Both the position numbers and the translations under genes were made by a program. From contig OX597831.1 of the NCBI GenBank assembly GCA_951406725.2, positions 55,614,001-55,678,000 of the forward strand: a stretch of 64,000 nucleotides of DNA, read 5' to 3'. The DNA is from Octopus vulgaris. Its lineage: Eukaryota. A model generated the notes under the pieces. It saw only the letters and a program-made list of their open reading frames with translations. It made no database searches and was not told the DNA's origin. Below, piece after piece: positions 38,425 through 50,779 of the stretch (position 1 is its first letter; the number at the start of each line of letters is the position of its first letter).

Positions 38425-38674
38425 GGTACTAAGGTGCGCGCACTCGGGCATCCGCGCTAGCTAGTCGTGACTAGTCGATCCTACCACGACTACCTAGCAA
38501 AGTAAATAAAACACAAAATAAATAAATTCTTTTACTCAAAGTAAATAATTTTTTTAAAAACAAAGTAAATAAAACACAAAAACACAAAGTAAGGATCGAC
38601 TAGTCACGACTAGCTAGCGCGGATACGAGAGTACGCGAGTGCGCGCACCGGGACCACTCTTTTTTAGTAGTACC
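38425..38674. mobile_element. MULE-like MITE (250 bp)
   Basis: Perfect 9-bp TSD gtgatacta (38416-38424 and 38675-38683); termini GGTACT...AGTACC; CpG-rich inverted arms ggtgcgcgcactcg..atccgcgctagctagtcgtgactagtcgatcct. Confidence 0.85.
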
Positions 38675-38729
38675 GTGATACTATAATGATTTGCTACACA
38701 CTTACTCACGCATGCATGCACTCACTCAT

Positions 38730-39856
<1,127 letters not shown>

Positions 39857-39986
39857 AATAATTCTAATTTATGTCGTGAGTTGTTTCCCCTATCCTTCAT
39901 CAGAGAGTTTAAAAGGTCTAAAAAGTTCAGAGGGCTAATGCATGTATATATAAATATACATACACACTCATATATATATATATATA

Positions 39987-40191
39987 TTTGACCTCGTGTG
40001 TACCGTTGACGATTTTTTTCCCTCTGTCTTCTCTTCTCTGGATCTTTCCTTCTCCTATTTTTCTGACGAAGAGCTCCGCTCGAAACGTTAAACCCTCCTT
40101 CTTTCCTTCTTTCCTGAGCGTCCAATAATACTATATTTGTTCCACGTCCTCGCGGTGTTGTGTTTTTTTTGTGCTTTCTTGTCTGGATTAA

Positions 40192-40195
<4 letters not shown>
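39987..40195 (+). mobile_element. Solo Penelope-like pseudo-LTR in (TA)n with minimal hammerhead (40059-40092)
   Basis: UUU-CUGACGA-A-GAGC-UCC-GCUC-GAAAC-GUU-AAA; (TA)n on both flanks; related to 53697-53885. Confidence 0.65.
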
Positions 40196-40247
<52 letters not shown>

Positions 40248-40664
40248 TTTCCACACACGCCAGCTTAATTTAATTCGTCCTTAGTCGAAAGACACTTGTT
40301 GTTATGTCCTGTTATTATTTTTATTGTATTTGTGTAACATTGTCCGTTTTTTTTCCGTCCTTGTTTTTGTATACATTCGCTGCTTTCTCCCAAGGAATCT
40401 AATGCTCTTAGCTTAGTTTTTCCTTGGGGCTAGCCAGATTGGAGCAAGCCGAAATTGCGAAGATAATCTGGTACTTGACTAAGGAAAGAAAGCTTCGAAT
40501 GACTCGTCCTTGTTTTCTTGGTATCGTCTGTCTGGATGTTTTGTTGTCCGATTTTGTATTTTTTTACATGCATACATACATACATACATACATACATACA
40601 TACATACATACATACATACACACTTATATACATACACACACATATATACACACACATATATACA

Positions 40665-40935
40665 TTTTTTCACGCTGAGAGTTGCTGAAGCATGGAACAA
40701 ACTGCCGGCATCAGTTGTTAGTTGTCGGAGCACTGCATCCTTCAAAACTTCCATGCTTTCTGAGATTCGCCAACACTACACCTAATTTTCTCCCCTCCAT
40801 ACACACAAGCATGTATCTGACTCATGCATTGTTCGCTTTCCAGACATTTTTACATTACTGCATATACTCTGACAAGTTGTGGTGCACCTGAGCACTGTAT
40901 ACAATAATTTCATTATTATTATTATTATTATTATA
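40665..40935 (+). mobile_element. CR1-type LINE 3' end with (TTA)n tail
   Basis: FFTLRVAEAWNKLPASVVSCRSTASFK; same family as 6715-7100. Confidence 0.8.
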
Positions 40936-41097
40936 AGAATCAGGTACCAGTAGGTACAGTGCATTACTCCTATTGAAGAGTGTATAAGAAGAGTAATAAT
41001 AAGAGCAAAACAGGAGCAAGCAATAGAGTTTGAGAGGAGTACAACTTTGTAGAAAAGGTATTTGAAAGGAAATATATATACTGAAACAAGTAGAGAG

Positions 41098-41161
<64 letters not shown>

Positions 41162-41190
41162 AAGAAAAAAGCAACAAAAATGGATCAATA

Positions 41191-41280
41191 TTTCGGTACA
41201 ATTGTTTCGTACGAAGACCACCTTTATTAAGGCTGCAAATATTGCAGCAAATACAAGTGACCCGTACTCATCAGCCGAAA
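41191..41280 (-). ncRNA. Type I hammerhead ribozyme, Penelope-type, complete core
   Basis: Minus strand: UUUCGG-CUGAUGA-GUACG...CGUAC-GAAA-CAAUUG-UA-CCGAAA; 6-bp stem I, 5-bp or longer stem II, palindromic ACAAUUGU helix III, GUA cleavage triplet. Confidence 0.85.
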
Positions 41281-42199
41281 AAACATCTGAGTTCTCAAAA
41301 CATCTAAGGGGGTGAGGCTACACTCCTGAAACATCAGGGATAGTTCTATAAAAATCAGATTTAGATAATAAACGGACTTCCAAAGTTCTTTAATGTTGCA
41401 CAGTCATATAACAGGCTTTAAAAAAGTATTTTAAAAAACCTCTTAGTTTCACAGAAAATGAAAATGTAAAACCATCCATAATGAAGTAGGTTTGAATTCT
41501 GGAGATATGAGGAGAGATTTCATACCCACAGACGATGTATTTATCCATAATTAGTCCATAATAAAGTGGGTTTCCTGATGTATGATGGTATGCTGGTTGC
41601 ATTTCTTATCATTTCTCAAAACTGCTATGTTAGAATTAGTTGTAGGAAATTTAGTGGAGCGTAGAGACAATCACTCACATAGGGTATAATGGGGTAACCC
41701 TATTATACCCCATTATACGATTTTATTGTTTCGGCCTCAAAACGGTTTTAGATTAAGTCACTTTGCGAAAAATTTACTGCCTAAGTTTTGAATAGTTGAC
41801 AAAATCCGTTAGCTCTTTTGTAATTGAAAATTTTGCTCTACTCTTTATATATATATATTTCTTTACTACCCACAAGGGGCTAAACAAGGACAGACAAATG
41901 GATTAAGTCGATTACATCGACTCCAGTGCGTAACTGGTACTAAATTTATCGACCCCGAAAGGATGAAAGGTAAAGTCGACCTCGGCGGAATATGAACTCG
42001 GAACGTAACGACAGACGAAATACGGCTACGCATTTCGCCCGGCATGCTATCTCTTTATATATATATCAGTTGGTTAGCAACACTGATTTCTAAGAAATCT
42101 GACTGGTATTTTCAAGCCAGTTAGACGTTTATTTGGAGTAGCGTTTCTCACACTGACAAATACCAATCCCACCCACGAAAAAAGTATTATTGAAACTTT

Positions 42200-42766
42200 G
42201 GCATATCTACGCAAATGTGCCCCTTCGACTTTGTTTTCTCATAACTTCCACAGAAATGAGTATTTTTTAATGAAATCTTTTACAAATACGCTTCAGATGG
42301 TGTAGATTACGATTATATAGGAATTTGTGAAAAAAAAAAAAAAAACAATCCTGAGGGTGCGTTGAGGAGTTTCTGAAAATTCACACGAATTGGCGTTGTT
42401 TCATCAAAACTTTCAGAAAATGGGTAATTTTTAATGAAATTTTCTACAAATAATTTTCAAAGTATGTAGATTACAATTATATCGGAATTTAATAAGAAAA
42501 AGAAAACTGGTGGACTCATACACATACATACTGACACACATCACGCATATTTACAAAATGCAACATGAAATTCCTAAAAAATATTGTGATGCGTGTCAGT
42601 ATGTCTGCGTACAAGTCCACCAATTTTCATTTTCATATTAAGTTCCGGTACAATCGTTATTTACACACAACGAAAGGTATTTGTAGAAAATTTCATTAAA
42701 AGATATCCATTTCTCTGGAAGTTATGAGAAAACAAATTAAGTGGGGCATGCTTGTGTAGGTATGCC
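42200..42766. mobile_element. Foldback/MULE-like element with long imperfect inverted arms
   Basis: ggcatatctac..ttgttttctcataacttcca is mirrored by tggaagttatgagaaaacaa..gtaggtatgcc; duplicated subunit in the left arm; TSD degenerate. Confidence 0.75.
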
Positions 42767-42885
42767 TAAACGTTTTCAACCCCCGTCCCTTCTTCCATTT
42801 ATTTCTATATTAATGGGAAGACAGAGTGTTGGCGTCTATATCATACTTTTTGGTCCGCTATTGCGATAGTACAAAATTAAAAGTT

Positions 42886-43436
42886 GGCAAGACTTCCGCC
42901 TGTCCCCCCCCCCCAAAAGAAAACCATTAAAAAATTTTGTTTTTCGATACACCCCTCCCTCATTCTCGGATACGAATCTGCATAAAAATTGGCAAAAATC
43001 GAGATTTCTAATTTATCCCCACCTCACCCCATTTCCTTCATTTTAAACTTTTTTTTTCTTCAAAATATGCGGAAAAATACGGACATCATGATTCGGACAA
43101 AAATTTCAAAACATTTCTGTACTTACGGTTACGGTTTTAGGGTTAGGGTTAGGGTTGGTGTTTTAGGGTTAGGGTTTAAGGGTAAGTTTTTTAGGGTTAG
43201 GGTTAAGGTTAGGGCTTCAGGGTTAGGGTTAGGGTTTTAGAGTTAGTGTTGTGGAAAAAAGTCAAAATTGAAGAAGTTGGGGGAAAGAGGGGATGGGGAA
43301 TTTTCACAATGCCGATTTTTGGCAGTTTTCCGGAACCTCCGTATTCGAAAACGGGGATTTTTCGCAAAAAAAAAAAATTACAAAAATAAACAAATTTGGG
43401 AGAAAATTGTGGGGCGGGAGGCGAAGAAGTCTTTCC
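42886..43436. mobile_element. MULE-like non-autonomous element carrying a telomeric (TTAGGG)n core
   Basis: 8-bp TSD taaaagtt (42878-42885 and 43437-43444); termini ggcaagactt/aagtctttcc; about 180-bp imperfect TIRs; degenerate TTAGGG array at about 43125-43248. Confidence 0.78.
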
Positions 43437-43899
43437 TAAAAGTTCTAAAACAACAATTTGTATGCGTTCCTTTTAATTCTCACAGCCCCTTTCATTAATG
43501 AGAAATACTGTTTAGAAGTACTTTTGTTGGCTCCTGCTTATATTTACTTCATGTTGGTTTCTCTTTCTATTTGCACATGTGCTTATATAAATGTGTGTGT
43601 GTGTACGCGCGCGTGCGTATGTCTATATGTGTATATGTCTATGTATGTCTCTGTGTGTACGAGCGAAACGACATTTGAACGGTTTTCACAGACGATAAGC
43701 TATTAGTCTAGATAGAGTCTAGACAATACGTCCATTAGTCTAAATTTATCGACCGACATTCCACAGCTGAGTCAAATAATATTTTAAAACCGGGCAGCCC
43801 AAACATTACCAGTGAAATAAGGAAACTGTGCAGAGGCCTGTCGGATGGATGGATTGATACAAAATGAATCGATGTCTCTTTCCCTCACTCCTCTATCAG

Positions 43900-44184
43900 A
43901 GGTCACAGCTAAAGCTGGAGCCAGGGATCCGTAGTAGGCTTCCTAGTCAGCTGGTATATACTGTGAATTCTCTGTCTGGAACTTTCCTGCATACACACCT
44001 TGTCTCTGATGAAGGGATGCCTAGTGTATGAGTGTGTTCACCCATTACGTTGGATATCCCAGGAGCTGCTGCAAGACATTAATCATTTCTACTTCTCCTT
44101 TTTTGATTCACCTTTACTCTAATTAAATATTCTAAGTGACCTGAGATGCTCGTCCTGCCTTGGTTTTGTTTTCCTTTTCCTTCA

Positions 44185-44186
<2 letters not shown>
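43900..44186 (+). mobile_element. Penelope-like pseudo-LTR with decayed hammerhead (44001-44078)
   Basis: UGUCU-CUGAUGA-AGGGAUGCC...GGAUAUCCC-(GAAA mutated)...AGACA; 3' end gtcctgccttggttttgttttc shared with about 54455. Confidence 0.5.
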
Positions 44187-44215
<29 letters not shown>

Positions 44216-44218
44216 TGT

Positions 44219-44772
44219 GTCAGGTCACTTTCGAGTGCAACTGATAACATGTAACCCAGTACAACCTGTTGCATGGTCGGGTCGTCGGCGACTAAACCGG
44301 CAACCCCACCAAGCTTGCTTGGTGAGGAGGATGTTTATTGGACACCCTGCGGGATGAAAAACAAAACCCGTCAAAGGGTGGAGGAACTCTTGAGAGTCAA
44401 CGGCCATCCAATAAATGTCTTAAAGCTGTATCATGCGCGGGGACATAGAAATAATCGGACTGAATACCCGATCGCGCGATTAAACCATTGGGAGTGAAGG
44501 ACTCCTAGCCTTTGTTAGGGCATCCTTCTAGGAGAAGGTAACTCAGGTAACTGGGATAACTCCGATATAAAAACTGCGGCTCAGTGGTTACCGATGATGT
44601 TGACTTGTTCTTCTTTTCGGATTATGGCTGCTGTTGCTTAGTGAGTGGGATTGACTCAGTGCACAGCCTTTCCTCACTTTAAAAAAAGATCTTCATGCAC
44701 AGGCATTGCACGATAACAACATTGATTAAGCTTCGTGCAATGGCCATACTCGATAACCAGGGGGTAGCCACC
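44219..44772 (+). mobile_element. Short non-autonomous RTE-derived (bipartite 5'+3') element in (ATGT)n
   Basis: GC-richer 550 bp with an RTE 5'-UTR-like motif gggcatccttctaggagaaggtaactc; no ORF; (ATGT)n on both sides. Confidence 0.5.
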
Positions 44773-45077
44773 ATGTATGTATGTATGTATGTATGTATGT
44801 ATGTATGTATGTATGTATGTATGTATGTATGTATGTATGTATGTATGTATGTATGTATGTATGTATGTATGTATGTATGTATGTACTTTTATTAAAGCTG
44901 CAAAATGTTCACAGAACTGTTACTCAGCGTGTTTCATCCATAGCTATCCGACGAACGGGAACATGAATTCTAAGTAACAGTTTCGGGAAAATTTTGCAGC
45001 TTTAATAAAAGCATATTACTCTACTTTTGGTATTCGAGTACTATTTTTCCCCACCTTGTTTTGCACTATCTGCTTAC

Positions 45078-45117
<40 letters not shown>

Positions 45118-45316
45118 GCGTGCGCGCGCGTGTGTGTGTGTGTGCGTGCGTGCGTGTGTGTGTGTGTGTCTGCGTTTGTGTCTGCGTTTGTGTCTGTGTT
45201 AGTCCCCATCACCGCTTGACGACCGGTGTTGGTTTGTTTACGTCGCTGTGTATGTACGTATGTATATATGTATGTACTTATGCATGTATATATGTATGTA
45301 TGTATGTATGAATGAA

Positions 45317-45363
<47 letters not shown>

Positions 45364-46615
45364 GCTCCTTCTCGTGGTACTGAACCCGAAACTAGGTAGT
45401 TGCAAAGAGAGCACCTTCACTACACAGCCATGCCTGCGCCTATACCTTGATTTTCTATTAAATCGAATCTTCTACTATTATTAAGTTAACATCTACTATA
45501 CATTATATAAATGTTCATCGATCCTGTACCTGACTGGTACCTTATTTTATCAATCCTGGAAGGTCGAATGCGAGGGTAGAATTGTAAGTTAGATTGTACA
45601 AGTTTGAAACTAAATACCAAAATATATGGAAAGGACTTTTATTTGTATTTTCGAAATAGTGCAAGTTTGTACACTTCTGATAAAAGAAGACGAAACAAAT
45701 GCTATTCTTTTATTCTTTTAGTCATTTGACTACGGCCAGGACTTAATCTTTGTAAGCCTAATACTTATTCTATCGGTTTCTGTTACCGAACCACTAAGTT
45801 ACGGGGACGTAAACACATCAACATCGGTTGAGAAGCGATGGTGTTGGGACAAACACACACACATGATGGGCTTCAGTTTCCGTGTACGAAATCCACTCAC
45901 AAGGCTTCGGTGGGTCCGCGAAGACACTTGCCCAAGGTGCCACGCAGCGGGACTGAACCCAGAACCATGTGGCTGGTAAGCAAGCTACTTACCACGCAGC
46001 CACTGTTACATGGACAAAAAAATTGCTAATTCGTTCATTATATTTTAAAGAAAAATCTTTCCACTGCACTTCCATTATTTGCCTCGGTTTACATGAGTTA
46101 TTATTTCCACTAGAGATCCTCAACGAATCAAAACAACGAATTTGATAGACCATCAAATGTCTCGCTAATTTTGTATGTCAGGCTCTGTGAGAAGCTTCTC
46201 AAATCACTCCCTCTGGACATCAGGAACTATGACAATCTATCGACGTAGTCTGAAAAGTCTATCGAGGTCAGTTCGAATCAAAATTGTTCCGGAAACAGCT
46301 GTAGCTCAGTATCGCGCAGAGAGTCCCCCCACCTCATCACTGTCTAACAACACTGATTTTCTATGTCTCTATGGCAACGGAGCTTGACCGGTGTAACTTG
46401 GTGCAGCGATAGTTGAATATGATATAGGAAGTCTACGTTAGTCATATGACACAGATGGTGTACGTTTGTCATATGACGTAGCAGAGTAATGCAGGCATAT
46501 GATACAGGAGGACATTGTTTGTATGATATGAACGGGTAGTTCGGTTATAGGATAACAAAGATAAGAGTACCTCAGCCATAAAACATGGAGAACCGTGTGT
46601 GTGTGAGTGAGTGAG

Positions 46616-46671
<56 letters not shown>

Positions 46672-46675
<4 letters not shown>

Positions 46676-46850
46676 CTTTATTCAGTATTTCTTTATTCAC
46701 CATAAGGTTGAGAAAAAGAGGGGACAAAACAAACGTTGGGGTCAGGGTATCGAATGAGACGAAACATGAATAAACAAGCAATTAAAATATATACAATTAA
46801 ATGAGAATGAGTGAATAACAAAAAATGAAGCGGTTGACCCCACAAACCAC
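46672..46850 (-). mobile_element. 5'-truncated 3' end of a related L1/Tx1-like element
   Basis: Minus strand ...tttgtcccctctttttctcaaccttatggtgaataaagaaat, the same tail type as at 48823. Confidence 0.5.
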
Positions 46851-47000
46851 ATACTCACACTGAAGACTTTGCTTTCTCCTTTTTCACATTCTTGATTAAA
46901 CAGGTTCTTTCACTCGCAACATACTTGCTATAGATTTCCATCTTTTACGAAACACACTTTGCGACAGCCTTATTTTCCGTTTCATGTGAGAGAGAGAGAC

Positions 47001-47044
<44 letters not shown>

Positions 47045-47329
47045 GCGGCATTTTTTTCCGGCTCTTTACGTTCTGAGTTCAATTCCCGGTGAAATTGATT
47101 TTGCCTTTCATCTTCCTCGGGGGGGGGGCGATAAAATATGTACCAGCTGAGTATCGGGATCGATATAATCGACGTAGCTCTCCCGCCAATAATAAACACG
47201 CCTTGTGCCAGTAGTTTAGTTAATGGTTGTAAAGTTTTCAACTTATTAATATTTGTTGATCGCAACAGATGTGTCACCGGTTTTCGATGACGAGGCGGGG
47301 TTTGAACTCAAAATGTACTGAGACAGAAC

Positions 47330-47755
<426 letters not shown>

Positions 47756-47830
47756 ATCAGGCTAAGTAAAAAGTAAGCAACGTTTTGAAACATGTAATTC
47801 ATCACAATATATTTCAACAATGCGGAAATT

Positions 47831-48802
47831 TTATTCATCAAAGTAAGTACCATTACAATCAACACATTTTTGCCAACGAATTACAAGTTTGTTTATTCCG
47901 GTCGCATAAAAATCTGGAGTTCTGGAGCTGATGAACTCCTTGAACGCACTTTCAGCATTGGTTTGATTTTTTAACTCCTTCTCTCCCAGGAAACCATCAA
48001 GGTACTTGAGAACGTGGTAGTCGGTAGGAGGAAGGTCTGGGGAATAAGCTGGGTGGGAAAGAACTTCATAGCAAAGTTCCCTCAGCTTCTGGAGTGTCAT
48101 TAGTGAAACGTGTGGTCGAGCATTATCATGAAAAATGACTAGGGACGGAGAAGTAGCAGTTTTCCGTTCATTTTGGAAATTTCATGGCAATATGTTTCTG
48201 CAGTAATGGTTTTTCCGGATTTTAAGAAGTTACAGTGGATAAGTCTAGCAGTACACTATCAAACGGTCCCTGTAACGTTCTTTTTGAAGAGCTCGGGTTT
48301 AGGGAAGGTTTTCGGTGCTTCATTTTGGCCCAACCACTGTGAAGAACGTTTTTTTATTATTGTACAGAATCCAATTTTCATCGCAAGTTACAATACGGTC
48401 GAGAAATGGATCGGTTTGATAACAGAAAAAAAGCGACGAGCAAATTTTATATCTGCGCATTTTCTGATTTTCTGATTTTCATTCAATCGTGTGATACCCA
48501 TTTGTCGAGCTTTTTTGATTTTCCGATCGCATGCAAATGGTTGCAGGCAGTTTTCTAGTTAACTTGAAGTTCTTTTGCCAGTTGTCGAGTGGTTTTACCT
48601 GGACCTTTACGGTCTTTAATTAACAGTCATCGATGACAGATGGGCGTCCACTACGCTCATTATCTTCAAGACTCAGGTCTCCACTGCGAAATCGTTTAAA
48701 TCATTTTCCAGCTGACCACTCACTAGCCATTTCCTCACCAAATATTTCGTTGATATCGCGAGCAGTTTCACGTCCTCTTTTGAAGTTGAATAGCAAAATT
48801 GC
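47831..48802 (-). pseudogene. Mariner transposase pseudogene
   Basis: Motifs AILLFNFKRG, FRSGDLSLEDNERSGRP, IVTCDEKWILY, HDNARPH, HPAYSPDLPPTDYH and [14 protein letters not shown], with frameshifts and stops. Confidence 0.92.
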
Positions 48803-48822
48803 TCCAGATGATTGTAACAACG

Positions 48823-50595
48823 ATTTCTTTATTGTCCATAGGGAGACAAACATAGAGTGACAGTACACAAATGGACAAAAACACAAAAGTGTGGGGAAAA
48901 AATAAAACGAATGAAAAGCATAGTATAAAAAATGAATGGATGAAATGAAGGCCAGTCGGACCCCACAATCCAAGTGACCTCATTGAACCTTTTTAAAAGC
49001 AATTTATCATTTAATATGTTCATGGTAAGTTCTTTTAAAAATTCATGATAGCTTATCGTTGATTGCACGCCCCTGGTGTCAATTTCCTTTTGTGAGAAAA
49101 TGACATTTCTCCCGTAATTCTCACATAATCTTTGCAAGTTCTTTCTGTCCATTAATACACATATAACTTGCAAGATCACTCCTTCACACCATTCAATATC
49201 GATTTTTATCACCTCGTCCAGATTCTTTATTTCTTCGCACAACTCATCGAGTGACTCATTGTAAAAAACAATGCGACTTTTTTCACAGGGTTGGGGTTGG
49301 AAAATTTGGGGCTCTTGTGTGTTTGTAGCTATAATATCAGTGTCTGGTGGGTCAGGGTAAGGGTTGGTGTCTGCAGAGGGATGGCGGGTCAGATTAGAGC
49401 GGGATGGGGGTTAGGTGGGGGTTAGGATGGGTGTTAACATCAATACCCTGAGTTCTTCCCTTTTTTCTCTTTTCCGGTTTACTGTCTTCAATTCTTCTGT
49501 TTTCCTCGATTTGTGCCGCCTTGTCATGCTCTTTGCCGGGTTCCTCCACACTCCCTCCTGTACCACTTCTCATTGCAGGAGATGATGTGCGATTTTCTTT
49601 CGGGCCTGTAGTACTACTGGTGTCTTTGTGGTCGGTGGAGGGCACTCTTTTCTTATGTGACCTTTCTGGCCACATTTATAGCAGCGGGGCTTCCTGCCCT
49701 GCGCTATAACTCTTAATTCCACCTCCTCATCCACCGTTATGGTGTCGACCATTCTTTCAAGGTTCTCCGGGACAACCTGAATGATTATTTCCAGAGTCTG
49801 CCCTTGCCAATTCTTCGGTGGCGTTCTCGATACCTAGAAGACCTCTATCTTCTCTTCTACACCCAGCAGTATTACAGCCATCAGCCAGGCAACATCTACC
49901 TCCGGGAGAATCTCTTCCACCTTTACCCTGGAAGCACGCCTTTCAGGGTAAGTAGGCAGAAGTATTACCTCGTCCGCTTTCAGGGAGGCTACCGAATATT
50001 GCTTGGCCTTCTCTTCGGATCAAATCGCACCCCTACAGTAGCGTATTTTCTCCCTCTGGCAAGACAGGCGACATCTTGCCATATGGGTCTTAATGCCTTC
50101 TCAACTTCTTGTTTTGTAACTATCTCCATTCTATTTATGTCCAGACTATAAGTTCAATATATTATTGTGTTTTATGCGTGTTATTTGTAAATTCACTAGG
50201 AAGGGTCACCTTTACTCCGTGCACCTCCCTTCGCAGGAATTCCCTGTACTTGTTCAACTCCACCTTCTTAAAACAAATCTCTTCTCTTGCTTCACCAGCC
50301 ACAGCTACAAACTTCATTTTTTTTTCAACCTTCATTTTTTTCCATCTTCCGGTCTGCAATATCTAAGCTTCTCAGTAATTCTTCTTCAGACGTCGTTACG
50401 TCTGAAGAATTAAAACCTTCACACATCATGAAGACACAAATAATGCGCTTCCCCCTTCAAATACAGGGGACAGTGTCAACACAACTGCCGTAAGGCAGCA
50501 AAAAACTCAACAATTAATAACAAATATAATTCCATTTCAACAATCCTTCACTAACCTCTCTAACGATGCACAAACAACATTCACGAACAAGTCGG
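48823..50595 (-). mobile_element. L1/Tx1-like non-LTR element with ORF1 only (HAL1-like), about 1.77 kb
   Basis: 20-bp TSD tccagatgattgtaacaacg (48803-48822 and 50596-50615); frameshifted ORF1 with CCHC knuckle CYKCGQKGHIRKEC; 3' end ...caataaagaaat; no EN or RT seen. Confidence 0.78.
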
Positions 50596-50779
50596 TCCAG
50601 ATGATTGTAACAACGGTGAAAACAATATCAATGTTAATTTATTGATGCATTTAGGCAAGTCTGTGTCTGTATTATCAGACAATTTCAAAAAATGTTTAAA
50701 AAAATTCAAAACTCTGCAAAAATCCGGTACAAATTTTTCATGGTTCAAAATGTTGCTTACTTTTTACTCAGCCTGAGTT

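Larger units (their letters stand above)
47757..50776 (-). mobile_element. Mariner (DD34D) transposon, full length but decayed, interrupted by a non-LTR insertion
   Basis: TIRs tcaggct(a/g)agtaaaaagtaagcaac(g/a)ttttgaa at both ends; transposase relic inside. Confidence 0.9.

Noticed and set aside
43125-43248. True telomere or chromosome fusion site
   Set aside because: Short, degenerate, one orientation only, and enclosed by TIRs with a TSD.
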